Below, one piece after another: positions 14,905-24,600 of a stretch of 32,000 nucleotides of DNA. Every line of letters starts with the position of its first letter. The stretch's first letter is position 1. The notes beneath the pieces are model-generated. The model ran no database searches. It saw only the letters and a program-made list of their open reading frames with translations, and was not told the origin of the DNA. The position numbers and the translations under genes are program-made. The DNA comes from Candidatus Saccharimonadota bacterium (GTDB lineage Bacteria; Patescibacteriota; Saccharimonadia; Saccharimonadales; Saccharimonadaceae), in the NCBI GenBank assembly GCA_016700015.1, contig CP064995.1, forward strand, positions 720,001 to 752,000, written 5' to 3'.

Positions 14905-15369
14905 TTATGATTCGAGACAGTATCCGCTGTTTGAGCCACCCTCAAGCTTAGTCACTATAGCCGCTTGACGCGCGGTCCCCTTTGCAAGTGTTACCTTACC
15001 CTCCGCTCCTACGGTGTCACATTTTGTTCCTACATATACGGTGACTTCGGCGTCATTTGCCGTTACATCACCCGTTGCTGCCGCTTTTACAACAATACTT
15101 GTCGTATTGTCGGACTTACTTGTCGCATACTGATCAAGAAGGGTCTTACCTACCAGCTCACCAATGCTCTTCCCTCTGTTATTGCTTGACCACGAGTTGA
15201 TTGCTGATGCCACAATACTCACATCATTCTTGCGTGCCGTGTCGCGCTGGCTAGCATGTAACGCTGGCAATGCGATGAATACCATCAGAAATATCAGAGC
15301 AGCGATCGCCAACACCAACACTACCTCGATGATTGTAAATCCCTTTTGTTTCAGTTCTTGCTTGCTCAT
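14905..15369 (-). CDS. pilA: Major type IV pilin
   Basis: MSKQELKQKG|FTIIEVVLVLAIAALIFLMV (G-1, F+1, E+5). 154 aa. C-terminal Cys pair (GTKCD ... GYC). It has its own promoter and terminator. Confidence 0.85.
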   Translation of the reverse strand: MSKQELKQKGFTIIEVVLVLAIAALIFLMVFIALPALHASQRDTARKNDVSIVASAINSWSSNNRGKSIGELVGKTLLDQYATSKSDNTTSIVVKAAATGDVTANDAEVTVYVGTKCDTVGAEGKVTLAKGTARQAAIVTKLEGGSNSGYCLES

Positions 15370-15418
15370 CGTAGTAATATTTCCACCTTCCCTCTTAGAG
15401 CTTATTACCTTGAGTACT

Positions 15419-15448
15419 ATGATACCGCACGTGGCTATCGCGTGTCTA
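15419..15448 (-). promoter_or_regulatory. Candidate pilA promoter
   Basis: Minus strand: TAGACA (15448-15443), 18-nt spacer, TATCAT (15424-15419). About 40-nt leader with SD GGAAGGTGGA. Confidence 0.4.
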
Positions 15449-15455
15449 GACTTTT

Positions 15456-16664
15456 CTAGTTGATTCCGCCTACTAGGCTGTAGATTGGGAACAAAATTGC
15501 CCCCACCATACCACCGGCAAAAACAGCGAGCACCACCATTAGGACGGGTTCAATCGCTGTTGAAATTGACTTAATCTCTTCGTCGAGCTCATCCTCAAAT
15601 ACCTGAGCTGTCTTGCCCATCATCTCGTCGATCTTACCCGATTGCTCACCAATCTTGATCATCTGTGGTACCATCGGTAATATATAGGCTTCTGGTTGAA
15701 GCGCGACGCTAAGCGCCTTACCGCCTTTTACCTTCTCAGCTGCGCGCATAATACCAGCCGCAATGATTGTGTTATTGGTACCTTCACTGCTGATACGCAG
15801 CATGTCGAGCATCCCGACACCAGTAGAAAGTAGTGTCTGACCAGTCCGCGTAAAACGCGCCATATAGAGTTTGCGAAACATCCCACTGAACAATGGTATG
15901 TTAAGCTTTACAGTGTCTTTGAATTTAATACCGGCATCAGTCTTGAAGTACTGTATTGTAAAGTAAATGACGATACCGATGACAATGATCGTCAACCACC
16001 AGAAATTGATGATGAAATTTGCCGCCGCAATCATCATCGCTGTTAGAAACGGCAAAGATTTATGCATGTCATCATACAGCTTGGCAACCTGTGGTACTAC
16101 AGCAACAAGCATAAACGTCATAACTCCAATAATGACAAGTAATACAATGCCCGGATATACCATCGCGCCACGGATTTTGCCCATCATGGCTGCATCTTTT
16201 TCCTTTTGGGTAGCGATCCGCTTCAAAGCTTCGTCAAGCGTACCCGATGCCTCACCTGCTGATACCAGCGCGAGTACAATTTTGTCGAAGACCTCTGGGT
16301 GTTTACCAAATGAGTCACTCAGGGTATGACCACCCTCGACATCAGCGATCACCTCTTCGACAACTCGCTGCATTTGCTTGTTCTGTGTTTGTTCGAGTAC
16401 GGTATGCATACTTTGGGCAAGGGGCAAGCCGGCACCAATCAGAGTTGAAAGTTGACGCAAGAAAATAATCTTATCTTTAGTTGTAACACGGCCAGTTAGT
16501 TTGGCGATTAATGAACCGTTCTCGTCAATCTCTTTAATGTCGAGCGGCATAAGCCCCTGTTCAATTAGCACTTTAGCAGCTGCCGATTCGCTGTCGGCCT
16601 GTACCATCGACTTAACCACGCTGCTACTGGCCTTGTCACGAGCTTCGTAGTTGAATTTCTTCAT
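15456..16664 (-). CDS. pilC: Type IV pilus platform protein (GspF/PilC family)
   Basis: 402 aa with a duplicated T2SS-F domain (FLRQLSTLIGAGLPLAQSM and FTRTGQTLLSTGVGMLDML) and 3-4 TM segments. Confidence 0.9.
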   Translation of the reverse strand: MKKFNYEARDKASSSVVKSMVQADSESAAAKVLIEQGLMPLDIKEIDENGSLIAKLTGRVTTKDKIIFLRQLSTLIGAGLPLAQSMHTVLEQTQNKQMQRVVEEVIADVEGGHTLSDSFGKHPEVFDKIVLALVSAGEASGTLDEALKRIATQKEKDAAMMGKIRGAMVYPGIVLLVIIGVMTFMLVAVVPQVAKLYDDMHKSLPFLTAMMIAAANFIINFWWLTIIVIGIVIYFTIQYFKTDAGIKFKDTVKLNIPLFSGMFRKLYMARFTRTGQTLLSTGVGMLDMLRISSEGTNNTIIAAGIMRAAEKVKGGKALSVALQPEAYILPMVPQMIKIGEQSGKIDEMMGKTAQVFEDELDEEIKSISTAIEPVLMVVLAVFAGGMVGAILFPIYSLVGGIN

Positions 16665-16665
16665 T

Positions 16666-17736
16666 CTATCCTCTCATAAGCCTTTCGAACTCTGTTAGGT
16701 CGACGGCAAATTCACGCGCTTGATCGTAAGTTACCGTGCCACTTTGCACAAGACTTACAAGTGTACGATCCATGGTTTGCATGCCTTGATCTGCCCCAGT
16801 TTGGATAATAGCATCAAGCTGGTGGCTCTTGCCTTCGCGGATAACGTTGCGAACTGCTGGATTAGCGATGAGCACCTCTGCTGCCACAACACGTCCACCA
16901 CCGATAGCTGGCACCAAACGCTGACTACAAATAGCCATCAATATATTAGCGAGCTGGGACCGGATCTGAGGCTGTTGATGGGGCGGAAATACGTCAATCA
17001 TACGATCGATACTTTGGGCAGCGCTGTTGGTGTGAAGGGTAGCAAACACGAGATGCCCAGTCTCGGCGATGGTGATAGCCGCGCTGATTGTTTCGAGGTC
17101 ACGCATCTCACCGATCAATACGACATCAGGATCTTGACGAAGCGAACTACGCAGCGCAGCCGAAAATGAATAAGTGTCGTAATGCACTTCACGCTGAACT
17201 ACAACCGATCTTTTCGATTTATGCGTAAATTCGATTGGGTCCTCGATGGTAATGATGTGCTGTGATTTTTCAGTGTTGATCTTGTCAACAAGTGCAGCCA
17301 GCGTCGTCGACTTACCGCTTCCGGTTGGTCCGGTCACTAGCACAAGACCGCGCGGATAGTCAGCGAATGTTAGGACGACCTGTGGCATGCCGAGCTCGGT
17401 TACTGATTTGATCTCATTAGGGATAAGGCGTAGTGCTGCAGCTAAATTGCCACGCTCATGAAAGGCATTGACGCGAAAACGCCCAAGTACACCAAATGCA
17501 AAGCTAAAGTCAAACTCCTTGTCTTTGAGCAAAATCTGTTGCTGGTCTTGGTCGAGGATGGCAAAAATAAGACTTTCAACCTGCTGCTCATCAAGTGGGT
17601 TAAAACCAGCAACTGGCGTCAGCGAACCGTCAATGCGCAGCATAGGAGGCAATCCGACCTGAATATGAAGGTCGCTTGCGCGCTTCTTCACGACTTCTTC
17701 GAGCAGTATTTCGATTCGTAGTTCTTGATTTTGCAT
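16666..17736 (-). CDS. pilT: Type IV pilus retraction ATPase (PilT family)
   Basis: 356 aa with no N-terminal extension. Walker A GPTGSGKSTTL, Walker B VLIGEMRD, His box ETGHLVFATLHTNS. Confidence 0.9.
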   Translation of the reverse strand: MQNQELRIEILLEEVVKKRASDLHIQVGLPPMLRIDGSLTPVAGFNPLDEQQVESLIFAILDQDQQQILLKDKEFDFSFAFGVLGRFRVNAFHERGNLAAALRLIPNEIKSVTELGMPQVVLTFADYPRGLVLVTGPTGSGKSTTLAALVDKINTEKSQHIITIEDPIEFTHKSKRSVVVQREVHYDTYSFSAALRSSLRQDPDVVLIGEMRDLETISAAITIAETGHLVFATLHTNSAAQSIDRMIDVFPPHQQPQIRSQLANILMAICSQRLVPAIGGGRVVAAEVLIANPAVRNVIREGKSHQLDAIIQTGADQGMQTMDRTLVSLVQSGTVTYDQAREFAVDLTEFERLMRG

Positions 17737-17748
17737 TGCCTCTCCCTT

Positions 17749-19512
17749 TTAGACCGTATCTGATGTCACCCTGTTAACTTCTTCGAGCGTTGTAATGCCC
17801 TGTAGTGCTTTGAGGTAGCCGTCTTGTCGCATAGTAATCATACCCTGCTCAACAGCTTTACGTTGAATCTCAGCGCTCGTTGCTCGGGCGACGATGAGCT
17901 GTTGGATCTCCTCGGTCACATCCATCACCTCATACAGGCCGGCGCGTCCACTATACCCGTGCGGAGTCGCTGGCGTGTCATGTCCCTTCACTAAAGTATA
18001 AGCTGTTTGGCCTGCCAGTGGCAAGTCCTTATACCCAAGATCAGCCGATACACGAGCGATGTCTTCTTTGGTCCGGGGAAGCAAATGGCCCACATTATCG
18101 ATAATACTTTTAGTCTCAAGTGGACTCGACCAGTACGCATCACGCTTAGGGCCCACACGACGCACTAGACGTTGTCCAATAATAGTATTGACGGTGCTAG
18201 CAATCAGAAATGGCTCGATCTCCATGTCGAGAAGCCGTGGCAAAACCCCTGCCGCACTGTTGGTATGGAGGGTGCTAAAAACCAAGTGGCCCGTTAGCGC
18301 CGCCTGAACACCAAGATTGGCAGTTTCGCTGTCGCGCATCTCACCTACCATCACAACGTTTGGATCTTGGCGCAAGATCGAACGTAGGCCTGAAGCAAAT
18401 GTTAGTCCAACCTCGGCATTGACCTGGATTTGGTTCACGCCATCCATTTTGTACTCGACTGGGTCTTCCAATGTAACAATGTTGATGGTCTCGTTTTTAA
18501 TTTCTTTGATAAGCGCATACAAGCTCGTCGATTTACCGCTACCGGTCGGACCAGATGTCAGCAGCATGCCGTTGGGGCGCTTGAGACCTTTGCGGATCGT
18601 ACGTAGCGCTCGACCAGCATAGCCCATTTCCTCAAGATCAAAGCTATTACCAGTTTTGTCGAGCAAACGAATGACGCATTGTTCGCCCCAAACAACAGGG
18701 CTAATCGCGATACGCAGGTCAACTTCCTTATTCCCCACCTTAACGGCAAACTGACCATCTTGTGGCACGCGATGCTCGTCGATCTTCAAACTGGATAAAA
18801 TTTTTATTCGGCTAATCAGTGCTGGTTCAATACTTTTTGGTAACTGCATAACTTCTCGTAGTACGCCATCAATCCGACAGCGGATTTTGAGCGCCTTCTC
18901 AAGAGGTTCAATATGAATATCGCTGGCACGACTTTTAACAGCATACTCTAGGATAGTACTCAGCGCTCGGCTGATTGGAGAGTCTTGAACAATTGTTTTT
19001 ATATCACGACTTGATTCGCTATCAGCTTCCTTCTGCGATACCTGTGCAGCAACATCGACACTAGAAAGGTCAGTCTTGTACTGATCAAGCACGTGTCGAA
19101 CACCCGCTTCAGATGCCATAAAAACTTTGAGTGGGCGCTGAATACGATTTGCAAGGTAATCCACCGCTTGGACATTGTTGGCATCGATCATCGCCACAGC
19201 AAGTCGATTCTGAACTTCTGCTAACGGCACAGCCATAAACCGCTCGGCAATATCAGATGGTAGTAGTGACAAGATCGCTTGATCGACAATTGTACTCGTG
19301 AGATTGACGTATGGCACGCCCGATACTTGGGCAATAGCGTGAGTTAGAAGCTCATTATCGATAACGGCTGTCTGTGTTAGGACGCTAAGCAAGGGTTTGT
19401 TGGCTTTGGCCGACTCTTCGCTCGCTTTTGTGAGCGCATCAGTACTAACCAACCCCTCCTCCTGCAAGAGAGCGATGAGCTTTTGTTGGATGTCGTCGGT
19501 CATGAGCGCCAT
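17749..19512 (-). CDS. pilB: Type IV pilus assembly ATPase (GspE/PilB family)
   Basis: 587 aa. N-terminal T2SS-E N-domain, Walker A GPTGSGKSTSL, Walker B VMVGEMRD, His box ALTGHLVFSTLHTNS. Confidence 0.9.
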   Translation of the reverse strand: MALMTDDIQQKLIALLQEEGLVSTDALTKASEESAKANKPLLSVLTQTAVIDNELLTHAIAQVSGVPYVNLTSTIVDQAILSLLPSDIAERFMAVPLAEVQNRLAVAMIDANNVQAVDYLANRIQRPLKVFMASEAGVRHVLDQYKTDLSSVDVAAQVSQKEADSESSRDIKTIVQDSPISRALSTILEYAVKSRASDIHIEPLEKALKIRCRIDGVLREVMQLPKSIEPALISRIKILSSLKIDEHRVPQDGQFAVKVGNKEVDLRIAISPVVWGEQCVIRLLDKTGNSFDLEEMGYAGRALRTIRKGLKRPNGMLLTSGPTGSGKSTSLYALIKEIKNETINIVTLEDPVEYKMDGVNQIQVNAEVGLTFASGLRSILRQDPNVVMVGEMRDSETANLGVQAALTGHLVFSTLHTNSAAGVLPRLLDMEIEPFLIASTVNTIIGQRLVRRVGPKRDAYWSSPLETKSIIDNVGHLLPRTKEDIARVSADLGYKDLPLAGQTAYTLVKGHDTPATPHGYSGRAGLYEVMDVTEEIQQLIVARATSAEIQRKAVEQGMITMRQDGYLKALQGITTLEEVNRVTSDTV

Positions 19513-19520
19513 AGTAGTTC

Positions 19521-19754
19521 CTACTGTGCAGCGCCAGACCCGCCGATAACTGTTTGAACCGTTGGATTGATGGCGTCTTTGTTGAACACCTTATCGCTCG
19601 GTGCAACAACATCGGACTTTACTTTTGAAGCAACAGGCACCTTCACACCCTTTTCTTCGAGCTTGAGCCCAGGAATTTGATCACCGATTAAAAAAGCAAT
19701 GAGTGCCGTCATACTCGCGATCAGAATAATCATCGCGATATCACTTTTTTTCAT
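19521..19754 (-). CDS. Hypothetical single-TM protein (77 aa) between the pilO-like gene and pilB
   Basis: MKKSDIAMIILIASMTALIAFLIG TM followed by a Lys/Val-rich tail. ATGA-coupled to the upstream gene. Occupies the position of PilP-like accessory proteins but shows no recognisable motif. Confidence 0.5.
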   Translation of the reverse strand: MKKSDIAMIILIASMTALIAFLIGDQIPGLKLEEKGVKVPVASKVKSDVVAPSDKVFNKDAINPTVQTVIGGSGAAQ

Positions 19755-20437
19755 GATTTACTCGCTTTCTTTTTCCCATCACTGACAGGGACAATTTGGT
19801 CTTTAAGCTGGACAGTAACACCAGGCAAATAGTACGCATGGGCGTTAAGGGTCATTGTGTACTTCTCGTCAGTTTTTTCGAGCATCATTGTATCAATATC
19901 AATCGTACGGATTGATTTTTCCATGCGGGTAAGCATATCTTTGAGGCTATTGGCATCGCGAGCTGAAACAGTGACAACAAGGGGTATCGTCCCAAGCTGA
20001 CCACTGTCGGCTTCATCGACAACTGCTTGAACATTGATCGATTCTACATTCACGCCGGAGGCTCCTGCAAGAAGGTTCTGTTGTAGCGACGAACCAAGCG
20101 CTAGTGCGTTCGGGTCAGCGGGAAGCGCGTCGAGCACAACCTGCAGTGCTTTGTCTTCGGGTCGTGCCTTAATTGAGTTTAGGGCATCGTTTGATTCGTA
20201 CACCCGAACATTCTTCACAAGCTCATCCGCAGTGGCGATATTTGATTTTACAGTGGCGGCCGTATCGTTGAGTTTACTAATGACTTTCATTTTATAGACA
20301 ATATGTTGCGTGAGAAAAATAGAAAGCACAGCACATACCCCTAGAACCGCTGACATGCCGGCAATCCACATAAACATCGTACGGTTGGAGTTAGCGATGA
20401 TTTGGCGCTTCTTCATGCCGGGTTGTGGTGTAGCCAT
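19751..20437 (-). CDS. PilO-like pilus alignment protein
   Basis: Start moved to the ATG at 20437, one nt after the pilN stop. One TM (MFMWIAGMSAVLGVCAVLSIFL), a coiled-coil-like segment, and a C-terminal globular part. Call rests on gene order after pilM-pilN. Confidence 0.55.
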   Translation of the reverse strand: MATPQPGMKKRQIIANSNRTMFMWIAGMSAVLGVCAVLSIFLTQHIVYKMKVISKLNDTAATVKSNIATADELVKNVRVYESNDALNSIKARPEDKALQVVLDALPADPNALALGSSLQQNLLAGASGVNVESINVQAVVDEADSGQLGTIPLVVTVSARDANSLKDMLTRMEKSIRTIDIDTMMLEKTDEKYTMTLNAHAYYLPGVTVQLKDQIVPVSDGKKKASKS

Positions 20438-20438
20438 A

Positions 20439-21164
20439 CTAGTTGCCCTCCGTTGTGTCTTTAGCCTGTTGGCTAAATAGTGAGTCTGGTACACGGGTTC
20501 GTGAATCGGTCACATCGATCTTGTTCGTCGGTGTAACAACTTTAATCGACTGAAGCGTATTGTCGAAAAGCCCTTCAGGATACGTGAATGATAGTGAGAA
20601 TCTCAAGACCTTTCCTCCGTTGGCTCCTTCACCGTAACTGGTTTCGCCCATGATTACTTTATCGGTAAGTGTCACCGACGATAAGTCGTCGCCACTACCA
20701 CTCTCTAGTTTCGTGTTGAGGATAGTTTTTCGAAATGTTTCGGTAGCTGGATAGCCGTTTACTGCCGAGCCTTCGATTGTGAGATTTTTGGTCTCAGGAT
20801 CGAGTTTAATATTTGATATCTTGATGTCGTTCGGCGCTGGTGGATTGATTGCAGCAAGCAGATCAAAGACGCGCGAATCGATTGATTTATTCTGGTGGAT
20901 GTCCGAGATTTTAGAGAGCTGATTTTGGATTGTCAGTACATTCTCGATATTATCGATTGATTGAAAAGTTTTGAAATCTTTCTTAATATTATCGCGCACA
21001 ACTGTCTCAGTAATCGCCTGACCACCAAGGAAAAGTGCCAAGAGCGCTACAACTCCACCGGCAGTGACACCAATAACGATCGCCAGCGTGATTGCCATAT
21101 TGCGCATTTTCTGCGCACGAATAAAAGCTTGCTTTACATCAGGGATAAGGTTTACTTCGATCAT
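20439..21164 (-). CDS. pilN: PilN-like pilus alignment protein
   Basis: MIEVNLIPDVK (PilN-type INLLP-like start) followed by a single TM. ATGA-coupled to pilM. Confidence 0.7.
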   Translation of the reverse strand: MIEVNLIPDVKQAFIRAQKMRNMAITLAIVIGVTAGGVVALLALFLGGQAITETVVRDNIKKDFKTFQSIDNIENVLTIQNQLSKISDIHQNKSIDSRVFDLLAAINPPAPNDIKISNIKLDPETKNLTIEGSAVNGYPATETFRKTILNTKLESGSGDDLSSVTLTDKVIMGETSYGEGANGGKVLRFSLSFTYPEGLFDNTLQSIKVVTPTNKIDVTDSRTRVPDSLFSQQAKDTTEGN

Positions 21165-22207
21165 AGCTCACCACTCCTTTTGGCAAGTCCAATCACGGTG
21201 GCAAACTCGGTAGCGACCGGGCCAAGCTGTTTTTGATCATTCTCGGTCATTTGAATACCTTGCCAGGGGTTAGCTACATGCACTTGCTTGCCGACCTTTC
21301 CAGCCAGGTAGCTGTCGAACTGCGGAATAGCTGACGCAAAACCAGCCAGTAACACTCCTTCAGTAGTAACACTCGGATAGCGTGTTTCAAAAAATTTGAT
21401 CGATTTGGTAATCTCTCCGGCGAAATTATCGAGTGTAGTTTCAAGTGCTCGTAACACCTGTCCTTCAAGTCGATCGGGGGCAAGGCCGAATTTGAGAATA
21501 AACTGTCGAGCCTGATCATCTTGGACATTCAGGTTAGAAACAGTTGCCTTAACAAATGAACTAATACCGGTGGGAATGGTACGAATGAGCCGAGGCGCAT
21601 CGCCATATACAATAGCGATATCGGTCGAGTTTTCACCCATATCCAGCTGTACGACTGCACCTTGCGAACCTTGCACTGTCAGCGCGCGAACCATGGCAAT
21701 CGGATCGGGCTCGGCAGCAATAACATTAAGCCCAAGTGCCTCAACCATTTCGAGCCGCTCCTCACTATACGTTTTAGATACGCTTGAAAGTAATACTTCC
21801 TGCTGGTTTTGTGCTCTCAGCGATACACCAAGGAGTGCCCAGTCGACTTTAGCTTCATCGACCGCCATTGGAATATACTGGTCAATCTGATACTTCATCG
21901 TGGATTTTAGTTCTGATTCACTCGACATGGGTACGTCGATAATTGTTGTGAAGGTTTTGCTTGACGGAAGGCCGATCACGACATTTTTGGTTTTAATACC
22001 ACTCTGACCTACGGCTGTCATGATAACTTCTGAAACCTTACGTCGCGCCTCTTCAGAGTCACTGCCAGTAAGCCTGCTGTCAACCGGTGCATAGCCGTAA
22101 TGATCTAATACCCAGCCACTTGCAGCCTTCTTTAGTTGCACGACACGAATGGCGTTAGTGCCAATATCCAGTGCAAAGAAATCGCCCATCCCTTTTAGCA
22201 TACTCAT
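21161..22207 (-). CDS. pilM: Type IV pilus actin-like ATPase PilM
   Basis: 348 aa with FtsA/actin-like phosphate motifs (ALDIGTNAIRVVQL, LDMGENSTDIAIV). Confidence 0.85.
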   Translation of the reverse strand: MSMLKGMGDFFALDIGTNAIRVVQLKKAASGWVLDHYGYAPVDSRLTGSDSEEARRKVSEVIMTAVGQSGIKTKNVVIGLPSSKTFTTIIDVPMSSESELKSTMKYQIDQYIPMAVDEAKVDWALLGVSLRAQNQQEVLLSSVSKTYSEERLEMVEALGLNVIAAEPDPIAMVRALTVQGSQGAVVQLDMGENSTDIAIVYGDAPRLIRTIPTGISSFVKATVSNLNVQDDQARQFILKFGLAPDRLEGQVLRALETTLDNFAGEITKSIKFFETRYPSVTTEGVLLAGFASAIPQFDSYLAGKVGKQVHVANPWQGIQMTENDQKQLGPVATEFATVIGLAKRSGEL

Positions 22208-22216
22208 ATTACTCTT

Positions 22217-22246
22217 TAGTATACATAAGCGATATGTATATTGGCA
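22217..22246 (-). promoter_or_regulatory. Possible internal promoter ahead of pilM
   Basis: Minus strand: TTGCCA (22246-22241), 18-nt spacer, TATACT (22222-22217). Confidence 0.3.
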
Positions 22247-22267
22247 AGTGTTTTTACTCCTATGGCA

Positions 22268-24592
22268 TTAGTATCGCGGTGGGAGCTCAGTGATACTTTT
22301 CGTCTTCCACACGCCGTTCGTGGCCGAAACACGGTGCGACCATATATAGGTATCGGCTCTCATGTCGAGTACTTCGGCTGGCGCGCCAGCGCTACTGAAA
22401 GTTCGTTTTAGCAGTAGGCTACCCGCGACTATCGGACCAGTTACGCGTAAATCTTGCTTGCAATCATTCGCCGTCAGAGGTTCGCTGTGTTCATAGCAAG
22501 TATCAATTACCCCACCCGGAGCAACAAGCCAAGCGTCTATATTTCTAACGTTCTGGGAGATACGGATTGCATTTGCAATAATCACAAACTGTTCGATATT
22601 CTTATCAGTCCCTGTCAGAACGCCGTTTGGAGCATTGAGTGACGAAGCAATCGTGACAACACCACTTGAATACACCACCTGGTTTGCCACATAGTCTGCC
22701 GATGTTAGTGTAACATCACCAACATCTCGCCTAGTGACACCGCTAGGTATGGTCGGCTTCGTAAAGTAAGCTTTGATGTCGGGGACAGTACCGATTTGTG
22801 CACCAGAACCGAAATTACCGAGCGCAGCTGTATTGTTGGCGAATGTTAGCCGACTCCATGAAGCGGCCGTGCTAGTTGCTCCAGCCGCATTGAGACCAGA
22901 ACCCGATGCAACACTAGCAACCACACTGGGTGCGAGAACTGAGTATTCGCCCCAAGAGCCAAATGTTCTTACCGCTCCGCCACTATTCACTGTCAGAAGA
23001 CCAGACTCTACGCGAGACAACAGGTTGGTGGCAACTGTAGTACTTGAACCGACTCTCAGATCATTACCCCACACCTGGACTAGCGGCTTTTGCCCTATAA
23101 GCACACAGGCCGGATCGGCAATACGCCTAGTAGTATCACTTGCTGCACTCGTAGTGTAATCAAAATGCCGGACAGCAACAACACGACAAATCTTCTCGCC
23201 AATCACATTGGCACTTGTGGCGATAGCTTCTGTATCGATTGTTTTGTCCGACGTAATGATTTCTGTTCCCTGTGCGTTGCTGCCATTTTTTAATTTAGAC
23301 AGCTTACAGTTCGTTGATTTGACCTGTGTGTAGGTGGTAGAGAGCCAGTCGCATACCGTCTGGGTACCGCCATAGCTCACTTGAGCAAAACTGCCGTGCG
23401 CACCAATTTTGTTGAAATGCACCGCAAAATTCGGCAAAGGATCATTCTTGCCTATCACAAACTCATAGACCGTCCACTCTGTGGCGGTTTCGGGTGTATT
23501 GCCGTTGCGATACACCATGTCAGTAGTTGCGACAGTGTCACCAACCGAGATCGTACTGCGCTTTGAAGCGTCGAGTAGGCTAGAATACGGCTCGTAGTTG
23601 TAGTCGGAGTGGATTCGGGCACACACGTCGCTCGTGGCATGCAAACTGCTGTCATTGTACGAAAATGGCTGCCATACCAGCCGTTGACACAAGTTTTTTC
23701 CTATATCGGCAGCTGTCACTGTATAAAGCCCGAATGGGTCGGTGATACTCCAAGATGTATTACTATTGAAGGCCTTGGGTTGGTCAACCCCTATCGAGCC
23801 ACTCCAACTACCTGTACGCTGCGAGGCGTCCCACATATTTTGAGCGGACGCTCCCGATGTAAAGTTACTAATTGTCATACTATGGCTCCACTCTAATTTA
23901 TCGCCCGGAAAGGCATCGATTAGACTGCCACTACCTGTCGAACCATCGCTGCGAGTATAAAAGACCTGCGTTGCAGCCGATGATGTCCAGGAATTTGCTC
24001 GACCGGCACGGGTGACATATACATTGACAACCTCTGTATAGCAGGCACCTTTTGTGCCATTCTGGGAGAAGCAGCGGTAAATACCTACTTGGAGGGTAGT
24101 TGTTACTGGACTGCTAGTAGTATTAAGCGGGACGGAACTAATATTGAGTGTAGCTGTAATCTCACCCCCCTTTGTTGACCAGTTGCTCGCAGCCGGACTT
24201 GGCAAAGTACCACGAGACAGCGTCGTACTACTGAGGTTTGAAAGAAGCGTCGCGTTAGGAGCATCCGTTCTCACATCGACTGCCTTTACATCACCGGGAC
24301 TACCATATTTACAACCATAGACCGATCCCCTAATTGAAACATCTACTGTTTGTGCATCACTCGAAACGTTCACTGTATCGTTATAATAGCTCGCGCTGTT
24401 TGTGAACCATATTGCACCACGTGCACCGAATGCGGTGCCCTCCCCCCAATAGCATAGGTTATAGGCATTTTGTTCAGCAGTGTTATATGGCACACGATTA
24501 TCGGCGAAGACCTCTACCGACGGTATAATCGCACCGGCTACACTAAGTAACATAAGTACAAGTAGTGTCACGATTAAGTGGGATCGACTCAT
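22268..24592 (-). CDS. Large secreted protein of unknown function, paralog B (774 aa), T4P-linked
   Basis: Signal peptide MSRSHLIVTLLVLMLLSVAGAIIPSVEVFA. The C-terminal ~390 aa align with the 25155-27347 protein (CRVVAVRHFD, PLVQVWGNDLRVGS, SWGEYSVLAP, AWLVA, VTGPIVA, PAEVLDMRAD, ELPPRY). The N-terminal half is divergent. Confidence 0.8.
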   Translation of the reverse strand: MSRSHLIVTLLVLMLLSVAGAIIPSVEVFADNRVPYNTAEQNAYNLCYWGEGTAFGARGAIWFTNSASYYNDTVNVSSDAQTVDVSIRGSVYGCKYGSPGDVKAVDVRTDAPNATLLSNLSSTTLSRGTLPSPAASNWSTKGGEITATLNISSVPLNTTSSPVTTTLQVGIYRCFSQNGTKGACYTEVVNVYVTRAGRANSWTSSAATQVFYTRSDGSTGSGSLIDAFPGDKLEWSHSMTISNFTSGASAQNMWDASQRTGSWSGSIGVDQPKAFNSNTSWSITDPFGLYTVTAADIGKNLCQRLVWQPFSYNDSSLHATSDVCARIHSDYNYEPYSSLLDASKRSTISVGDTVATTDMVYRNGNTPETATEWTVYEFVIGKNDPLPNFAVHFNKIGAHGSFAQVSYGGTQTVCDWLSTTYTQVKSTNCKLSKLKNGSNAQGTEIITSDKTIDTEAIATSANVIGEKICRVVAVRHFDYTTSAASDTTRRIADPACVLIGQKPLVQVWGNDLRVGSSTTVATNLLSRVESGLLTVNSGGAVRTFGSWGEYSVLAPSVVASVASGSGLNAAGATSTAASWSRLTFANNTAALGNFGSGAQIGTVPDIKAYFTKPTIPSGVTRRDVGDVTLTSADYVANQVVYSSGVVTIASSLNAPNGVLTGTDKNIEQFVIIANAIRISQNVRNIDAWLVAPGGVIDTCYEHSEPLTANDCKQDLRVTGPIVAGSLLLKRTFSSAGAPAEVLDMRADTYIWSHRVSATNGVWKTKSITELPPRY

Positions 24593-24600
24593 GGAAATCG

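Noticed and set aside
15370-15455. Sigma-54 type promoter for pilA, as in many proteobacteria.
   Set aside because: There is no TGGCAC-N5-TTGC-like GG/GC pair. A sigma70-like TAGACA-18-TATCAT fits instead. The CACGTG palindrome there is short and uninterpretable.
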